Positions 1 to 9,166 of a stretch of 64,000 nucleotides of DNA are shown here, piece after piece. A model generated the notes under the pieces. The model was given only the letters and a program-made list of their open reading frames with translations. It had not been told where the DNA came from and ran no database searches. Source of the DNA: Candidatus Poribacteria bacterium (GTDB taxonomy: Bacteria > Poribacteria > WGA-4E > WGA-3G); NCBI GenBank assembly GCA_965215265.1, contig OZ244048.1:2496001-2560000 (forward strand), read 5' to 3'. A program made the position numbers and the translations under genes. Each line of letters begins with the position of its first letter. Positions within the stretch are counted from its first letter, which is position 1.

Positions 1-268
1 GGTCGTTTTGTCCTTTGAATTCAAACAGATTATGCGTGCGTAAGTAAGAGAGCAGCGGGTTGGCACGCACTCTCGCGCGGGCTGCGGCGCTTTCGAGGAG
101 AGCGAGTGCATCTATACGCTGCGGCAACCGGTTCACTTCTATCTCTGTCTGGATAGAGGCACCCAGCCCAGAGAAGGGTAGGGCGAGGAACTCTTTGAAG
201 AAAGGGTCCCAGAGTTTCCGTTTGCTTTGTGTTTCTTTAGATGTCTCCGGCACTGTCGTTTGCCTCAT
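1..268 (-). CDS. Partial CDS (runs off left edge), putative PD-(D/E)xK/Rpn-like protein
   Basis: Manual translation from ATG 268: MRQTTVPETSKETQSKRKLWDPFFKEFL...QTEIEVNRLPQRIDALALL...HNLFEFKGQND. The D..FK / RID / EFK pattern resembles PD-(D/E)xK nuclease folds. Not in the ORF track. Confidence 0.6.
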   Translation of the reverse strand, partial: MRQTTVPETSKETQSKRKLWDPFFKEFLALPFSGLGASIQTEIEVNRLPQRIDALALLESAAARARVRANPLLSYLRTHNLFEFKGQND

Positions 269-301
269 CTATCTGCTTAGACGCTCCACTTCTCATAATA
301 A

Positions 302-331
302 AGTATAGCAGCCTTTCTGCTTTTTTGTCAA
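302..331 (-). promoter_or_regulatory. Sigma70-type promoter for the left-edge ORF
   Basis: TTGACA (331-326), 18-bp spacer, TATACT (307-302) on the minus strand. Confidence 0.55.
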
Positions 332-388
332 GGCCGTCTCCAGATTTGGCTTCTCAAGGTGGCCTCGGTGCTTCTCTCTATCCAAAGC

Positions 389-428
389 AAAAAAATAGGG
401 GCAACCACTTGTGAGGGTAGCTGCCCCT
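389..428 (-). terminator. Rho-independent terminator of the LRR/LTD gene
   Basis: AGGGGCA...TGCCCCT stem followed by a T7 run on the minus strand, ~40 bp after the stop at 467. Confidence 0.7.
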
Positions 429-466
429 GGTTAGGTTAGGTTAGTTTAGTTTAGCATTCACAGCGA

Positions 467-3400
467 TTATTCTTCCGATTTGAGCGTTGCCCAGCGTTCT
501 GTGAGTTTCCCATCTGCACTCAGATGCCCTTTCAAGCGGGTTGTCTGCAGTGTCTGCTGCACACCTGCGTTGGAGACATCTTCAATGCGGTAGTAATACA
601 CCACATTCGGTTTGGCAGACGTATCCGTCCAACTATAGTCGTTGCGTTCGCCTGTGGTGCCGGCCCCTGCAATCAACTCGGAGTTTATCTTTGTGAAGGT
701 GCCGTTGCGCGCATCGCTCCGCAGCAGGTTGAATCCTGCGTTGTTCAACTCGGATTCGGTTGCCCAACTGATGACGATAGCGCCTTCTACGCGTTTCGCG
801 GTGAAGGCAGAGAGCGCCACGGGCAGCGGGCCGCCGCCCCGATAGCCGGGCGTGCCTTCATCCTCGGCATTGCCGTAGAAGGTGTCGCGCTGCGCCTCGT
901 TCAAAGAGGTGTTGGCGGCTAGCACCCAACCCGCTTCGGTGGTGCCGTCTTCGGCAACTGCGCCGGTGGCGCGGCTAGCGCTGCCGTAGCGGCGGATGAT
1001 GGAGCTGCGCCCGTCTTCAAGCATTGGCAGCTCCCAGGCAGGTTCTTCCCCTCGCCCGACATAGTTGCCAACCGTATCCACCACGGGCTTGACACCAGAG
1101 GCTTCTTTACCATATAACGTCAACTTGAAGGCGGTGGTGGCTAGCACCGGCGAACGCCGTTCCAAGTCCAGTTTATCGCGATAAGCGCTCTCGCGCCGCA
1201 GGTTGATGACACGTGCATCAGGGAAGTGGCCAGAGGTGCGCCCGGTGTCTGTCACGATGAGCAGCGTCTGGTTCGGGGGGATTATCTTACCGCCTACGAA
1301 TTTGAGCGTCACATCTGGGCGAACGGCGGTGTCGGTGGTGGCATCTTGTTGGATGCGGAGCGTCCAGTCGTTCAGATTCACCGCTTCGGTTAGAGAACTA
1401 TTGTGCAGCTCTATCCACTGCGGCAGCCGGTTGTCTGTGTCGAACATAATCTCGCTGATGGAGACTTGGCCCGCGGCGGATTTATCTTTCACTACACCGT
1501 TCTGATACCCGGGGGTACCGCCATACGCGTCTGCGTTCGGGGTATCGCGATCCCAGCCTATGCCGGTGAAACCGCGTTTGCTCCACGCGTTTTCCGCGAA
1601 GTTGTTCTCATTGTCGCGCTGATACACTGACCCTTCCTTGAACGCCTCATCTATATCCTTAAAGATGTCCTTGTCGGGATCCGGTGTCGCCTGCAGTGGC
1701 CAAACCTCCGTATTGTAGTTCTGAGAATCATGCGTCCCTACAAACGGAACGAAAACAGCGCCTGCCGCATCTTCTATGTGAATCGGCTTATTCTTTTGCT
1801 CTTTCTTATTCCGCAGCAGCAACAAGAACTTACCGTCGGCAGGAAGGTTGAGCCCGGATACAACTACGTATTGGTGCAACGCACCATGCTGCACCTCATC
1901 CGCATCGTCCACACCCAGATTGTTCCCACCAGCGAGAAAGTTTCCTTCGGGATTGCTGTTCGCAACGAGTAACACATCCCCGCCGGCAATGCTCTTATCA
2001 GGCAGCGTCACAAGCACCTTCTCGGTGCGCGCAGACGCATCGCCTGTCACAAGCGTGAACTCCCACTCTTTGATACTGACGGCGGCATCCGTGTCGTTTC
2101 GCAGCTCTATCCAATCTAGGCTGTCATCCGTGTGATTCCCTACTTCGTTGATGACAATCTTTCGACCTTCGAAACTCGTCCGGTCTCCGGCGGCGATACG
2201 CTGAGACGGGGTCGAACCAGGGGTGCCGATACGCTGCCCACCGAGGTTTATGCTCGGCGCAGAGGACGCTTGCCAGTTATCGGAACGGTTACCGTCTTCG
2301 ACTTCAGCCTTGGCAAAATCTATGCTCCTATACATCGAAACCAGAGACGCAGACGCGGCTTCATCAGTTGCCACGGTGCGCCCACCTCCACCGGGCACCT
2401 CCCAGTAGCCCAGCCCTAGATTGCTTATGCTATCTATCACCAGATACGGAGTCTCTCCTATTGTCACTTCCGCACGATTCACCAGGTCGCCTGTCGTAAA
2501 ATACAACGCCCAATCGTCCGCTACGGCAGTGGCGGCAACCGCTTTTACTGCATACAGCTCTAGCCACTGGCCAGACGACGACGGCGTTTGACTCGCATCT
2601 TCGCCCCACAACACTTCACTTATGACTACATCACCTTTCACGGCACCGCCGGTGGTTAGCTTCGGCGCTATCAATTCTATCGTCCCACCATTGCGGAAAA
2701 ATTCGCTCAAGTTACGAGTCAGGGTTTCTACAGGTGCAACGGCACTGGAGATACCATGCGTTGTGGATGAGCTTCCCTCTTGGGTCAATACCTCAAAACC
2801 GCCCGCTGCCAACGCTGAAAGCGTGAAGTAGTCCGCTTTCGCGAGCGTTTCCAAGTTGGGGAGGGTTGACAGATGCGAGATATCCGACACGGGCGAATCC
2901 GTAAAACCTACCACTGTCAATTTGGTGAGGGTTGACAGTGCCGAGATATCCGACACTCGCGCATTCCTGATATTCAGCGATATCAAGCTGGTGAGGGTTG
3001 ACAGCGGCGAGATATCCGACACTGGCGTATCACTGAGATCCAGCCCTATCAAGCTGGTGAGGGTTGACAGCGGCGAGATATCCTCTACTTGCGTATCACT
3101 GAGAGACAGCTCTAGCAAGTTGATGAGGCCTGACAGCGGCGAGATATCCTCTACTTGCGTACCCCTGAGATACAGCTCTAGCAAGTTAGTGAGGCCTGAC
3201 AGCGGCGAGATATCCAACACTTGCGTATCCCTGAGATTCAGCTTTACCAATTCGGTGAGGCCTGACAGTGCTGAGATATCCGACACTTGCGTATTCCTGA
3301 GCCACAGCCAATCCAATTTGATGAGGGTTGACAGATGCGAGATATCCGACACTGGCGTATTAGTGAGAAACAGCGTTGTCAAGCTGATGAGGCCTGACAG

Positions 3401-3739
3401 ATGCGAGATATCCTCTACTTGCGTATCACTGAGATACAGCTCTTCCAAGTTAGTGAGGCCTGACAGATGCGAGATATCCTCTACTTGCGTACTGTCGAGA
3501 TCCAGATATTGCAAGTTGGTGAGGGTTGACAGATGCGAGATATCCTCTACTTGCGTACTGTCGAGCTCCAGCTCTTCCAAGTTGGTGGCGTATTCAAGTC
3601 CTGTCAGATTGCTAACGTTTGATTCCCTTAGATCGAGGTATGTCAAGCGGAGCATATCTGCCTGGGTGACATCCGTCCCCGCGGAGATGTAGAGTGTCTC
3701 CTCTATTTCCGCAAGGAGCGCCGCATCCGGAATGTTCAC
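467..3739 (-). CDS. Internalin-like leucine-rich-repeat protein fused to lamin-tail-like domains; secreted/surface protein (true start probably ATG 3906, across a C8 frameshift)
   Basis: N-cap VNIPDAAL, then 22-aa LRRs (LxxLxLxxTQVEDISxLSxL). Three lamin-tail-like segments (VVISEVLW..QWLELY; IVINEVGN..DWIELRN; VSISEIMF..QWIELHN). C-terminal PLPVxLSxF...YYYRIEDV domain and GKLTERWATLK tail. Confidence 0.85.
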   Translation of the reverse strand: MNIPDAALLAEIEETLYISAGTDVTQADMLRLTYLDLRESNVSNLTGLEYATNLEELELDSTQVEDISHLSTLTNLQYLDLDSTQVEDISHLSGLTNLEELYLSDTQVEDISHLSGLISLTTLFLTNTPVSDISHLSTLIKLDWLWLRNTQVSDISALSGLTELVKLNLRDTQVLDISPLSGLTNLLELYLRGTQVEDISPLSGLINLLELSLSDTQVEDISPLSTLTSLIGLDLSDTPVSDISPLSTLTSLISLNIRNARVSDISALSTLTKLTVVGFTDSPVSDISHLSTLPNLETLAKADYFTLSALAAGGFEVLTQEGSSSTTHGISSAVAPVETLTRNLSEFFRNGGTIELIAPKLTTGGAVKGDVVISEVLWGEDASQTPSSSGQWLELYAVKAVAATAVADDWALYFTTGDLVNRAEVTIGETPYLVIDSISNLGLGYWEVPGGGGRTVATDEAASASLVSMYRSIDFAKAEVEDGNRSDNWQASSAPSINLGGQRIGTPGSTPSQRIAAGDRTSFEGRKIVINEVGNHTDDSLDWIELRNDTDAAVSIKEWEFTLVTGDASARTEKVLVTLPDKSIAGGDVLLVANSNPEGNFLAGGNNLGVDDADEVQHGALHQYVVVSGLNLPADGKFLLLLRNKKEQKNKPIHIEDAAGAVFVPFVGTHDSQNYNTEVWPLQATPDPDKDIFKDIDEAFKEGSVYQRDNENNFAENAWSKRGFTGIGWDRDTPNADAYGGTPGYQNGVVKDKSAAGQVSISEIMFDTDNRLPQWIELHNSSLTEAVNLNDWTLRIQQDATTDTAVRPDVTLKFVGGKIIPPNQTLLIVTDTGRTSGHFPDARVINLRRESAYRDKLDLERRSPVLATTAFKLTLYGKEASGVKPVVDTVGNYVGRGEEPAWELPMLEDGRSSIIRRYGSASRATGAVAEDGTTEAGWVLAANTSLNEAQRDTFYGNAEDEGTPGYRGGGPLPVALSAFTAKRVEGAIVISWATESELNNAGFNLLRSDARNGTFTKINSELIAGAGTTGERNDYSWTDTSAKPNVVYYYRIEDVSNAGVQQTLQTTRLKGHLSADGKLTERWATLKSEE
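2850..3590 (-). repeat. About 11 tandem 66-bp repeats encoding the LRR units
   Basis: GAGATATCC recurs every 66 bp (2877, 2943, 3009 ... 3537). Confidence 0.95.
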
Positions 3740-3881
3740 TACCGGATTTTGGCTTACTGCCAGGGGGGCAATGAGTAACGAAAGCGTGATGCAAAATAGA
3801 ATGGAACAGGTTAAGGGGTGTTTGTAAACGGCATAACAAGCCCGGCGATTAATAATAGAACTAAAACACTTAACATATAGA

Positions 3882-3889
3882 GGGGGGGG
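3882..3889 (-). repeat. C8 homopolymer just after the SD-preceded ATG (candidate phase-variation tract)
   Basis: G8 on the + strand; ATG at 3906 with AGGAG upstream; one extra C puts this ATG in frame with the LRR ORF. Confidence 0.7.
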
Positions 3890-4172
3890 TACATTCTTCT
3901 CTTCATATTATCTAACTCCTTGTTATTCTTTATCCCGTTACGGAATAAACTTGACTTGACTTTATAGTTCGAACTAAGTTTCCGAACAGACTACGTTTTC
4001 AACCTTTTTTGCCAATTCGTAAGACGTGCACATAGGTGTTCAAGAAAATGAAATCGTGTTTGTGAATCCCTTTCCAAAAAATGCAGTGCATTCACAAACT
4101 CTCAACGGGCACGTCCGTTCATTCTTTCACTTTTAAAGAACACTTTTGCTCTCTTCGCAAAAGCTTATTTTA

Positions 4173-4201
4173 AGTATACCTCAAGAAAAAGTGTTTGTCA
4201 A
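4173..4201 (-). promoter_or_regulatory. Sigma70 promoter of the LRR gene, defining a ~260-nt 5' leader
   Basis: TTGACA (4201-4196), 17 bp, TATACT (4178-4173). Confidence 0.7.
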
Positions 4202-4596
4202 ATTAAAAAGATGTGGAATATAGCAAGGTGAAGAAAGAGGATACCATCAAAGGATATAAGACAGAGAGTTGCGCTAATCTCTACGCCACGGTATGAAAGC
4301 ACTCTATTGGGTTGTCACCGGGTGGACAGGTTGGATTTATCGTTACTGAGAAACCCTCCGACGAGATTTTTAGTCTCTTTTAGCACAATAAAGGCAGTTG
4401 TGGCAGGTAACGTTTCATTTTCACATTCAAAAGAGAGGGGGATTTTATGAAAAGGGAAAAATAAAGAATCCTATACGTATTGTAAAAGAAAATACGTTAT
4501 TTTTCAAACAAATTTTCAAACCCGAAAAGTTTGATTTTCACCTTCACAGAGGAAAATCGGCTTGCTATTTGTTTTGAATTCTGCTATGATAAGGGC

Positions 4597-7500
4597 ATGC
4601 GAAACTTGAGACTGAACTCCAACAGTAAATCTGTGCGTGACTACTACACGACGCTGGAACGCTACGAACAGAGCCACATCGTTCACGAAGGTGCGGTGAG
4701 TATTCCGCTGGGGACGCTGCTGCAAACGTGTGCGCGACAGGTAGAGGCGGTATTTGTGCCGCAATATGCTATGCGTACGGAACGCGGAAACCGTATCGTG
4801 CTTGACGGTGCGATTCTTGATGAATACGAACTCCCTTTCGCTTATTGTGAAGCGAAAGACATGGCAGATGATCTGGAGCGCGAAATCATACGAAAGATTG
4901 ACGCGGGTTACCCGACATCTAATATCTTCTTCTACACGCCGCAGCGCGGTGTCCTCTATCAGAACGATCAGAGAGTGCTTGACGTAGACATGACGCAGCC
5001 TGACAGGCTCCTTGAGGCAGTGCAGCGTCTGTTTTCAGAGCCGTTTGCCGCGATTGAGAAGTGGCACGCCGCTGTTGCTGCATTCAAAGAGAGGGTCCCT
5101 GCGCTCGGGCGAGAACTCGCTCAACTCATCCGGCAACAGCACCAAACCAATACACGCTTCACCAGCGCTTTTGCTGATTTTTACCGGCAGTGCCGCGCAT
5201 CAATCAATCCGAATCTGTCTAAAGCCGCAGTGGAAGAGATGCTCATCCAACATCTGCTCACAGAACGCATTTTCCGCACCGTCTTTGATAATCCGGATTT
5301 TACACGCAGAAATATCATCGCCCGCGACATTGAAACCGTTATTGATGCACTCACGCACCACGCTTTCAGTCGAGACGGCTTCATGCGGCGTCTTGAGCCG
5401 TTCTATCGTGCGATTGAGCAAGCGGCGACGCTCTGCACGGATTTCTCGCAAAAACAACACTTTTTGAACACGGTTTACGAACAGTTCTTCCAAGGGTTCT
5501 CCATAGAAGTTGCGGATACGCATGGGATTGTCTATACGCCGCAACCGATAGTCGAGTTCATGGTGAAAAGTGTGGAATACCTCTTAGAAACCGAGTTCAA
5601 CCGTTCGCTTTCCGAGCCGGGTGTTCACATCATCGACCTGTTCGTTGGTACCGGTAACTTCATCGTGCGTCTGATGCAAGACATTGAAGGCACAATGTTG
5701 GAGGAGAAATACGGCGGGGAACTCCACTGCAACGAGTTGATGCTGTTGCCGTATTACATCTCCAGTTTGAACATAGAGCATGAATATTTCCGCCGGACGG
5801 GTGAATACCTGCCGTTTGAGGGCATCTGCCTTGTTGATACGTTTGAGTTGCTTGAATCAGAGCAGGCGCAACTCTTCACGCGTGAAAACACGGCCCGCGT
5901 TGAACGTCAGAAAGCGTCGGAGATGTTTGTAGTTCTCGGGAATCCGCCCTACAACGCTGGCCAGGTGAATGAGAACGATAACAACAAAAATCGGCAGTAT
6001 CCAGCGATGGATAAACGCATAGAGGAAACGTACGCGGCGGATTCCATGGCGCAGAACAAGAATAAGTTATATGATCCGTATGTGAAGGCAATTCGATGGG
6101 GGTTGGATAGGATAGGCGATGAAGGTATTGTCGCCTTGATAACGAACAATAGCTTCCTTGATGGCATCTCGTTCGATGGAATGCGGAAACATCTCGCGGC
6201 CGACTGCGATGCACTCTATGTTCTGGACTTGGGGGGCAATGCGAGGCGAGGCTTAAAGTGCTCTGACGCAAATGTCTTCGGAATCCAGGTCGGTGTCAGT
6301 ATCAACCTGTTTGTGAAGAAACAGCAAAAATCACCCGAGCCCTGCCGTATCTATTACCATCGCACTGATGAACTGTGGAATAGACAACGGAAGTTTGATT
6401 TTCTGAATGAACGCCAACATGCTGGGAATGTTGAGTGGCAAGCCATCGCCCCGGATGCCCGATACACTTGGCTCACGGAAGGACTCAACGCAGCGTTTGA
6501 TACCTTTATTCCTATCGGAACGCAGCAAGCAAAGAAAGCAAAAGAGGAGGCTGTGGATGTCATTTTCAAAACCTACAGCCTCGGTATTAGCACGAACCGC
6601 GATGCGTGGAGCCTCAACTTCAACGCCCAAGCGCTCTCTCAAAATATGCAGCGGATGATTGAGAACTACAACACGCAGGTTTTCAAGTGGCAGCATCAGA
6701 GCGCTCGAGGCACCAACGTTGATGATTTTGTGGAGGCTGATGCCACGAAAATTAAGTGGAGTTCCACGTTAAAACGGCATCTGAATAGCGGACATTTCGC
6801 TGAATTTAATGACTCAAAACTGCGGCGATGCCTCTACCGCCCTTTCACGAAGCGGGCGCTCTACTTTGATCGGATGCTGGTAGAGGGACCCCGGCTCTTT
6901 CCTTTCATATTTCCGACTCCTGAGACAGAAAAGGAAAACCAGGTAATTTGTGTAGCGGGTGTTGGAAATAGAAAAGGCTTTGGTTGTCTCGCAACAAATA
7001 TGATTCCTAATTTAGATGTGGCATTTGAAAAAACGCAATGCTTCCCTTTCTATACCTACGCCGAGGACGGCAGCAACCGCCGTGAAAACATCACGGAGTG
7101 GGCATTGGCAGCGTTCAGAACTCACTACGGCGAGGACACCATCAGCAAGTGGGACATCTTTCACTATACCTATGCACTCTTGCATCAGCCCGACTATCGC
7201 GAAACTTATCAGATGAATCTCAGGCGCGATTTACCTCACATCCCATTTGCACCAGATTTCTGGGCGTTCGTGAACATTGGCGCGCGGTTAGCAGAACTTC
7301 ACGTCAACTATGAAACGCAGCCCGAATCTGCAGGCTTGCAGTTTATTGAGACACCTAATGTCCAGCGGGATTGGCGCGTAGAGAAGATGAGATTCTCGAA
7401 AGAGAAGACGCAGCTACACTACAACGACTTCCTGACGATAGCCGGTATTCCGGATGAGGCGTTTGCGTATCGTTTAGGTGCGCGTAGTGCGTTGGAGTGG

Positions 7501-7662
7501 GTAGTGGATGGGTATCGTGTGAAGGTAGACAAACGGAGTGGCATTGTGAACGATCCGAACCGTGCGGATGTGCCGAAATATATTGTAGCATTAATCGGAC
7601 GGGTTGTGTCGGTAAGTTTAGAGACGGTGAAGCTTGTGGGGCAGCTGCCGCCGCTAGCATGA
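4597..7662 (+). CDS. Fused restriction-modification enzyme (type IIG / helicase-less type ISP-like N6-adenine MTase with N-terminal nuclease-like domain)
   Basis: LDG...YCEAKD nuclease-like motif; GIVYTPQPIV; motif I DLFVGTG; motif IV GNPPY; type ISP-like C-terminal specificity region (LYRPF, YRLGARSALEW, SGIVNDPN). Start placed at ATG 4597. Confidence 0.85.
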   Translation: MRNLRLNSNSKSVRDYYTTLERYEQSHIVHEGAVSIPLGTLLQTCARQVEAVFVPQYAMRTERGNRIVLDGAILDEYELPFAYCEAKDMADDLEREIIRKIDAGYPTSNIFFYTPQRGVLYQNDQRVLDVDMTQPDRLLEAVQRLFSEPFAAIEKWHAAVAAFKERVPALGRELAQLIRQQHQTNTRFTSAFADFYRQCRASINPNLSKAAVEEMLIQHLLTERIFRTVFDNPDFTRRNIIARDIETVIDALTHHAFSRDGFMRRLEPFYRAIEQAATLCTDFSQKQHFLNTVYEQFFQGFSIEVADTHGIVYTPQPIVEFMVKSVEYLLETEFNRSLSEPGVHIIDLFVGTGNFIVRLMQDIEGTMLEEKYGGELHCNELMLLPYYISSLNIEHEYFRRTGEYLPFEGICLVDTFELLESEQAQLFTRENTARVERQKASEMFVVLGNPPYNAGQVNENDNNKNRQYPAMDKRIEETYAADSMAQNKNKLYDPYVKAIRWGLDRIGDEGIVALITNNSFLDGISFDGMRKHLAADCDALYVLDLGGNARRGLKCSDANVFGIQVGVSINLFVKKQQKSPEPCRIYYHRTDELWNRQRKFDFLNERQHAGNVEWQAIAPDARYTWLTEGLNAAFDTFIPIGTQQAKKAKEEAVDVIFKTYSLGISTNRDAWSLNFNAQALSQNMQRMIENYNTQVFKWQHQSARGTNVDDFVEADATKIKWSSTLKRHLNSGHFAEFNDSKLRRCLYRPFTKRALYFDRMLVEGPRLFPFIFPTPETEKENQVICVAGVGNRKGFGCLATNMIPNLDVAFEKTQCFPFYTYAEDGSNRRENITEWALAAFRTHYGEDTISKWDIFHYTYALLHQPDYRETYQMNLRRDLPHIPFAPDFWAFVNIGARLAELHVNYETQPESAGLQFIETPNVQRDWRVEKMRFSKEKTQLHYNDFLTIAGIPDEAFAYRLGARSALEWVVDGYRVKVDKRSGIVNDPNRADVPKYIVALIGRVVSVSLETVKLVGQLPPLA

Positions 7663-7759
7663 TAGCGAATTGCGTTCAAGTTTGGAGGCGTAAAAGTAAA
7701 AAGAGCGCTGCACCTGTTGGTTCACGCCAACCTAACTTTATCGCGCCTGGCGACAAAAT

Positions 7760-9136
7760 ATGAAGCAAGCACGTGGAGATTTAACGCGAGGTAATCTTCT
7801 AAAGCACTTGTTAAGGCTTGCCGTTCCGTTAACGTTGAGCAATATTTTACAAGATGCGTTTAACATTGTGGATATGATTTTTGTAGGGAGATTAGGTTCG
7901 GCTTCTATTGCGGCGGTGGGGGTCAGCGGTAATCTGCTTAGACTGATCGGGGTTTTCGCGCTGGGTATATCTACGGGGAGCGGGATTCTGGTGTCGCAAT
8001 ACCTTGGTGCGGGTAATCGGGCTCAGGCGGAGCATGTGGCACTTCAGGCGATTCTGCTATCAATTTTTTGTTCAATATGCGTCACGCTCGTAGGCTATCC
8101 GTTGGCGGAACAAGGGTTGCTGTCGGTGCGCATGACGGACCCGGAGGTGCTTCAGTTCGGTACAACGTACATGCATATCATCCTGATAGGTATCAGCACA
8201 ATGTTTCTGTCAATGACACTGGGTTCTATCTTCCGTGCAGGTGGAGATGCGCTGACGCCGATGGTGGTGTTAATTTTTTCAACGGTGATCAACATTACGT
8301 TGGATCCGCTGTTGATTTTCGGTATCTGGAAATTTCCGAGGCTGGGTGTGGCGGGTTCTGCGTTGGCAACGTTGATCGGCCGTGCGCTGGGTGTGGTTGT
8401 GCTGTTCTACCTGTGCTGGAGTGGCCGTGCGCCGGTTTCGTTTCGAAACGTTCAGTACCGTGCGGATTTGGTAGAAATGCTTGACATTTTACGGTTAGGC
8501 GTTTATAGTTCTATGCAAGGCTTCTGGCGGCATTTATCGCGTCTCGGTTTTCTGTGGGTGATCGGTCCGTATGGTAAGCATGCGGTTGCGGCATATACCA
8601 TCTGCATGCGTCTCCGTATATTGGTAATGAATCCGGGTTTCGGTATCTCGCATGCGGTATCGCCGATAGTCGGGCAGAATTTAGGTGCGAACCAGATAGA
8701 ACGTGCTGAAAAAGCGACGCGGCTTGCCAACGTGCTGGGTGCGACGGTGATGACGCTGATAGGTGTGATGTTTCTCTTTTTTCCGGGCGTGTTTCTTCGG
8801 ATTTTCACGGATGACGTTCAAGCGATAGAGCTCGGTGCGGTTTACCTCCAGTTTTTATCGTTGACGTTCGGGTTTATCGCGTTCTCGTTGGTTTTAGGGC
8901 GTGCGCTCAACGGTGCGGGGGACACATTTTCTCCGATGGTGATTACCTTAGCGTCGCAAATCGGTGTTGGGTTGGGGCTCGTCATCCTATTTTCACGCTT
9001 CATGGCGCTCAACGGTGTTTGGCTCGGTATAGCGCTCTCAAATGTCGTACAAGGCCTCGCCATGTGGTTCTGGTACCGGACTGGGAAATGGAAGACAAAA
9101 AAAGTTGTCAAGGATAGGTCTGTCAAATCGGATTAA
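7760..9136 (+). CDS. MATE family efflux transporter
   Basis: DLTRG..L.RLAVP, D.IFVGRLG, NITLDPLLIFG...LGVAGSALAT, VGQNLGA; ~12 TM segments. Confidence 0.92.
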   Translation: MKQARGDLTRGNLLKHLLRLAVPLTLSNILQDAFNIVDMIFVGRLGSASIAAVGVSGNLLRLIGVFALGISTGSGILVSQYLGAGNRAQAEHVALQAILLSIFCSICVTLVGYPLAEQGLLSVRMTDPEVLQFGTTYMHIILIGISTMFLSMTLGSIFRAGGDALTPMVVLIFSTVINITLDPLLIFGIWKFPRLGVAGSALATLIGRALGVVVLFYLCWSGRAPVSFRNVQYRADLVEMLDILRLGVYSSMQGFWRHLSRLGFLWVIGPYGKHAVAAYTICMRLRILVMNPGFGISHAVSPIVGQNLGANQIERAEKATRLANVLGATVMTLIGVMFLFFPGVFLRIFTDDVQAIELGAVYLQFLSLTFGFIAFSLVLGRALNGAGDTFSPMVITLASQIGVGLGLVILFSRFMALNGVWLGIALSNVVQGLAMWFWYRTGKWKTKKVVKDRSVKSD

Positions 9137-9166
9137 TCGTTCTACAAAGCAAAGGAGAACCCAAAA

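Noticed and set aside
2850-3590. Diversity-generating retroelement acting on the LRRs
   Set aside because: No reverse transcriptase or separate template repeat in the window; I did not see adenine-restricted variation.
2856-3692. 278-aa + strand ORF
   Set aside because: Antisense shadow of the LRR repeats.
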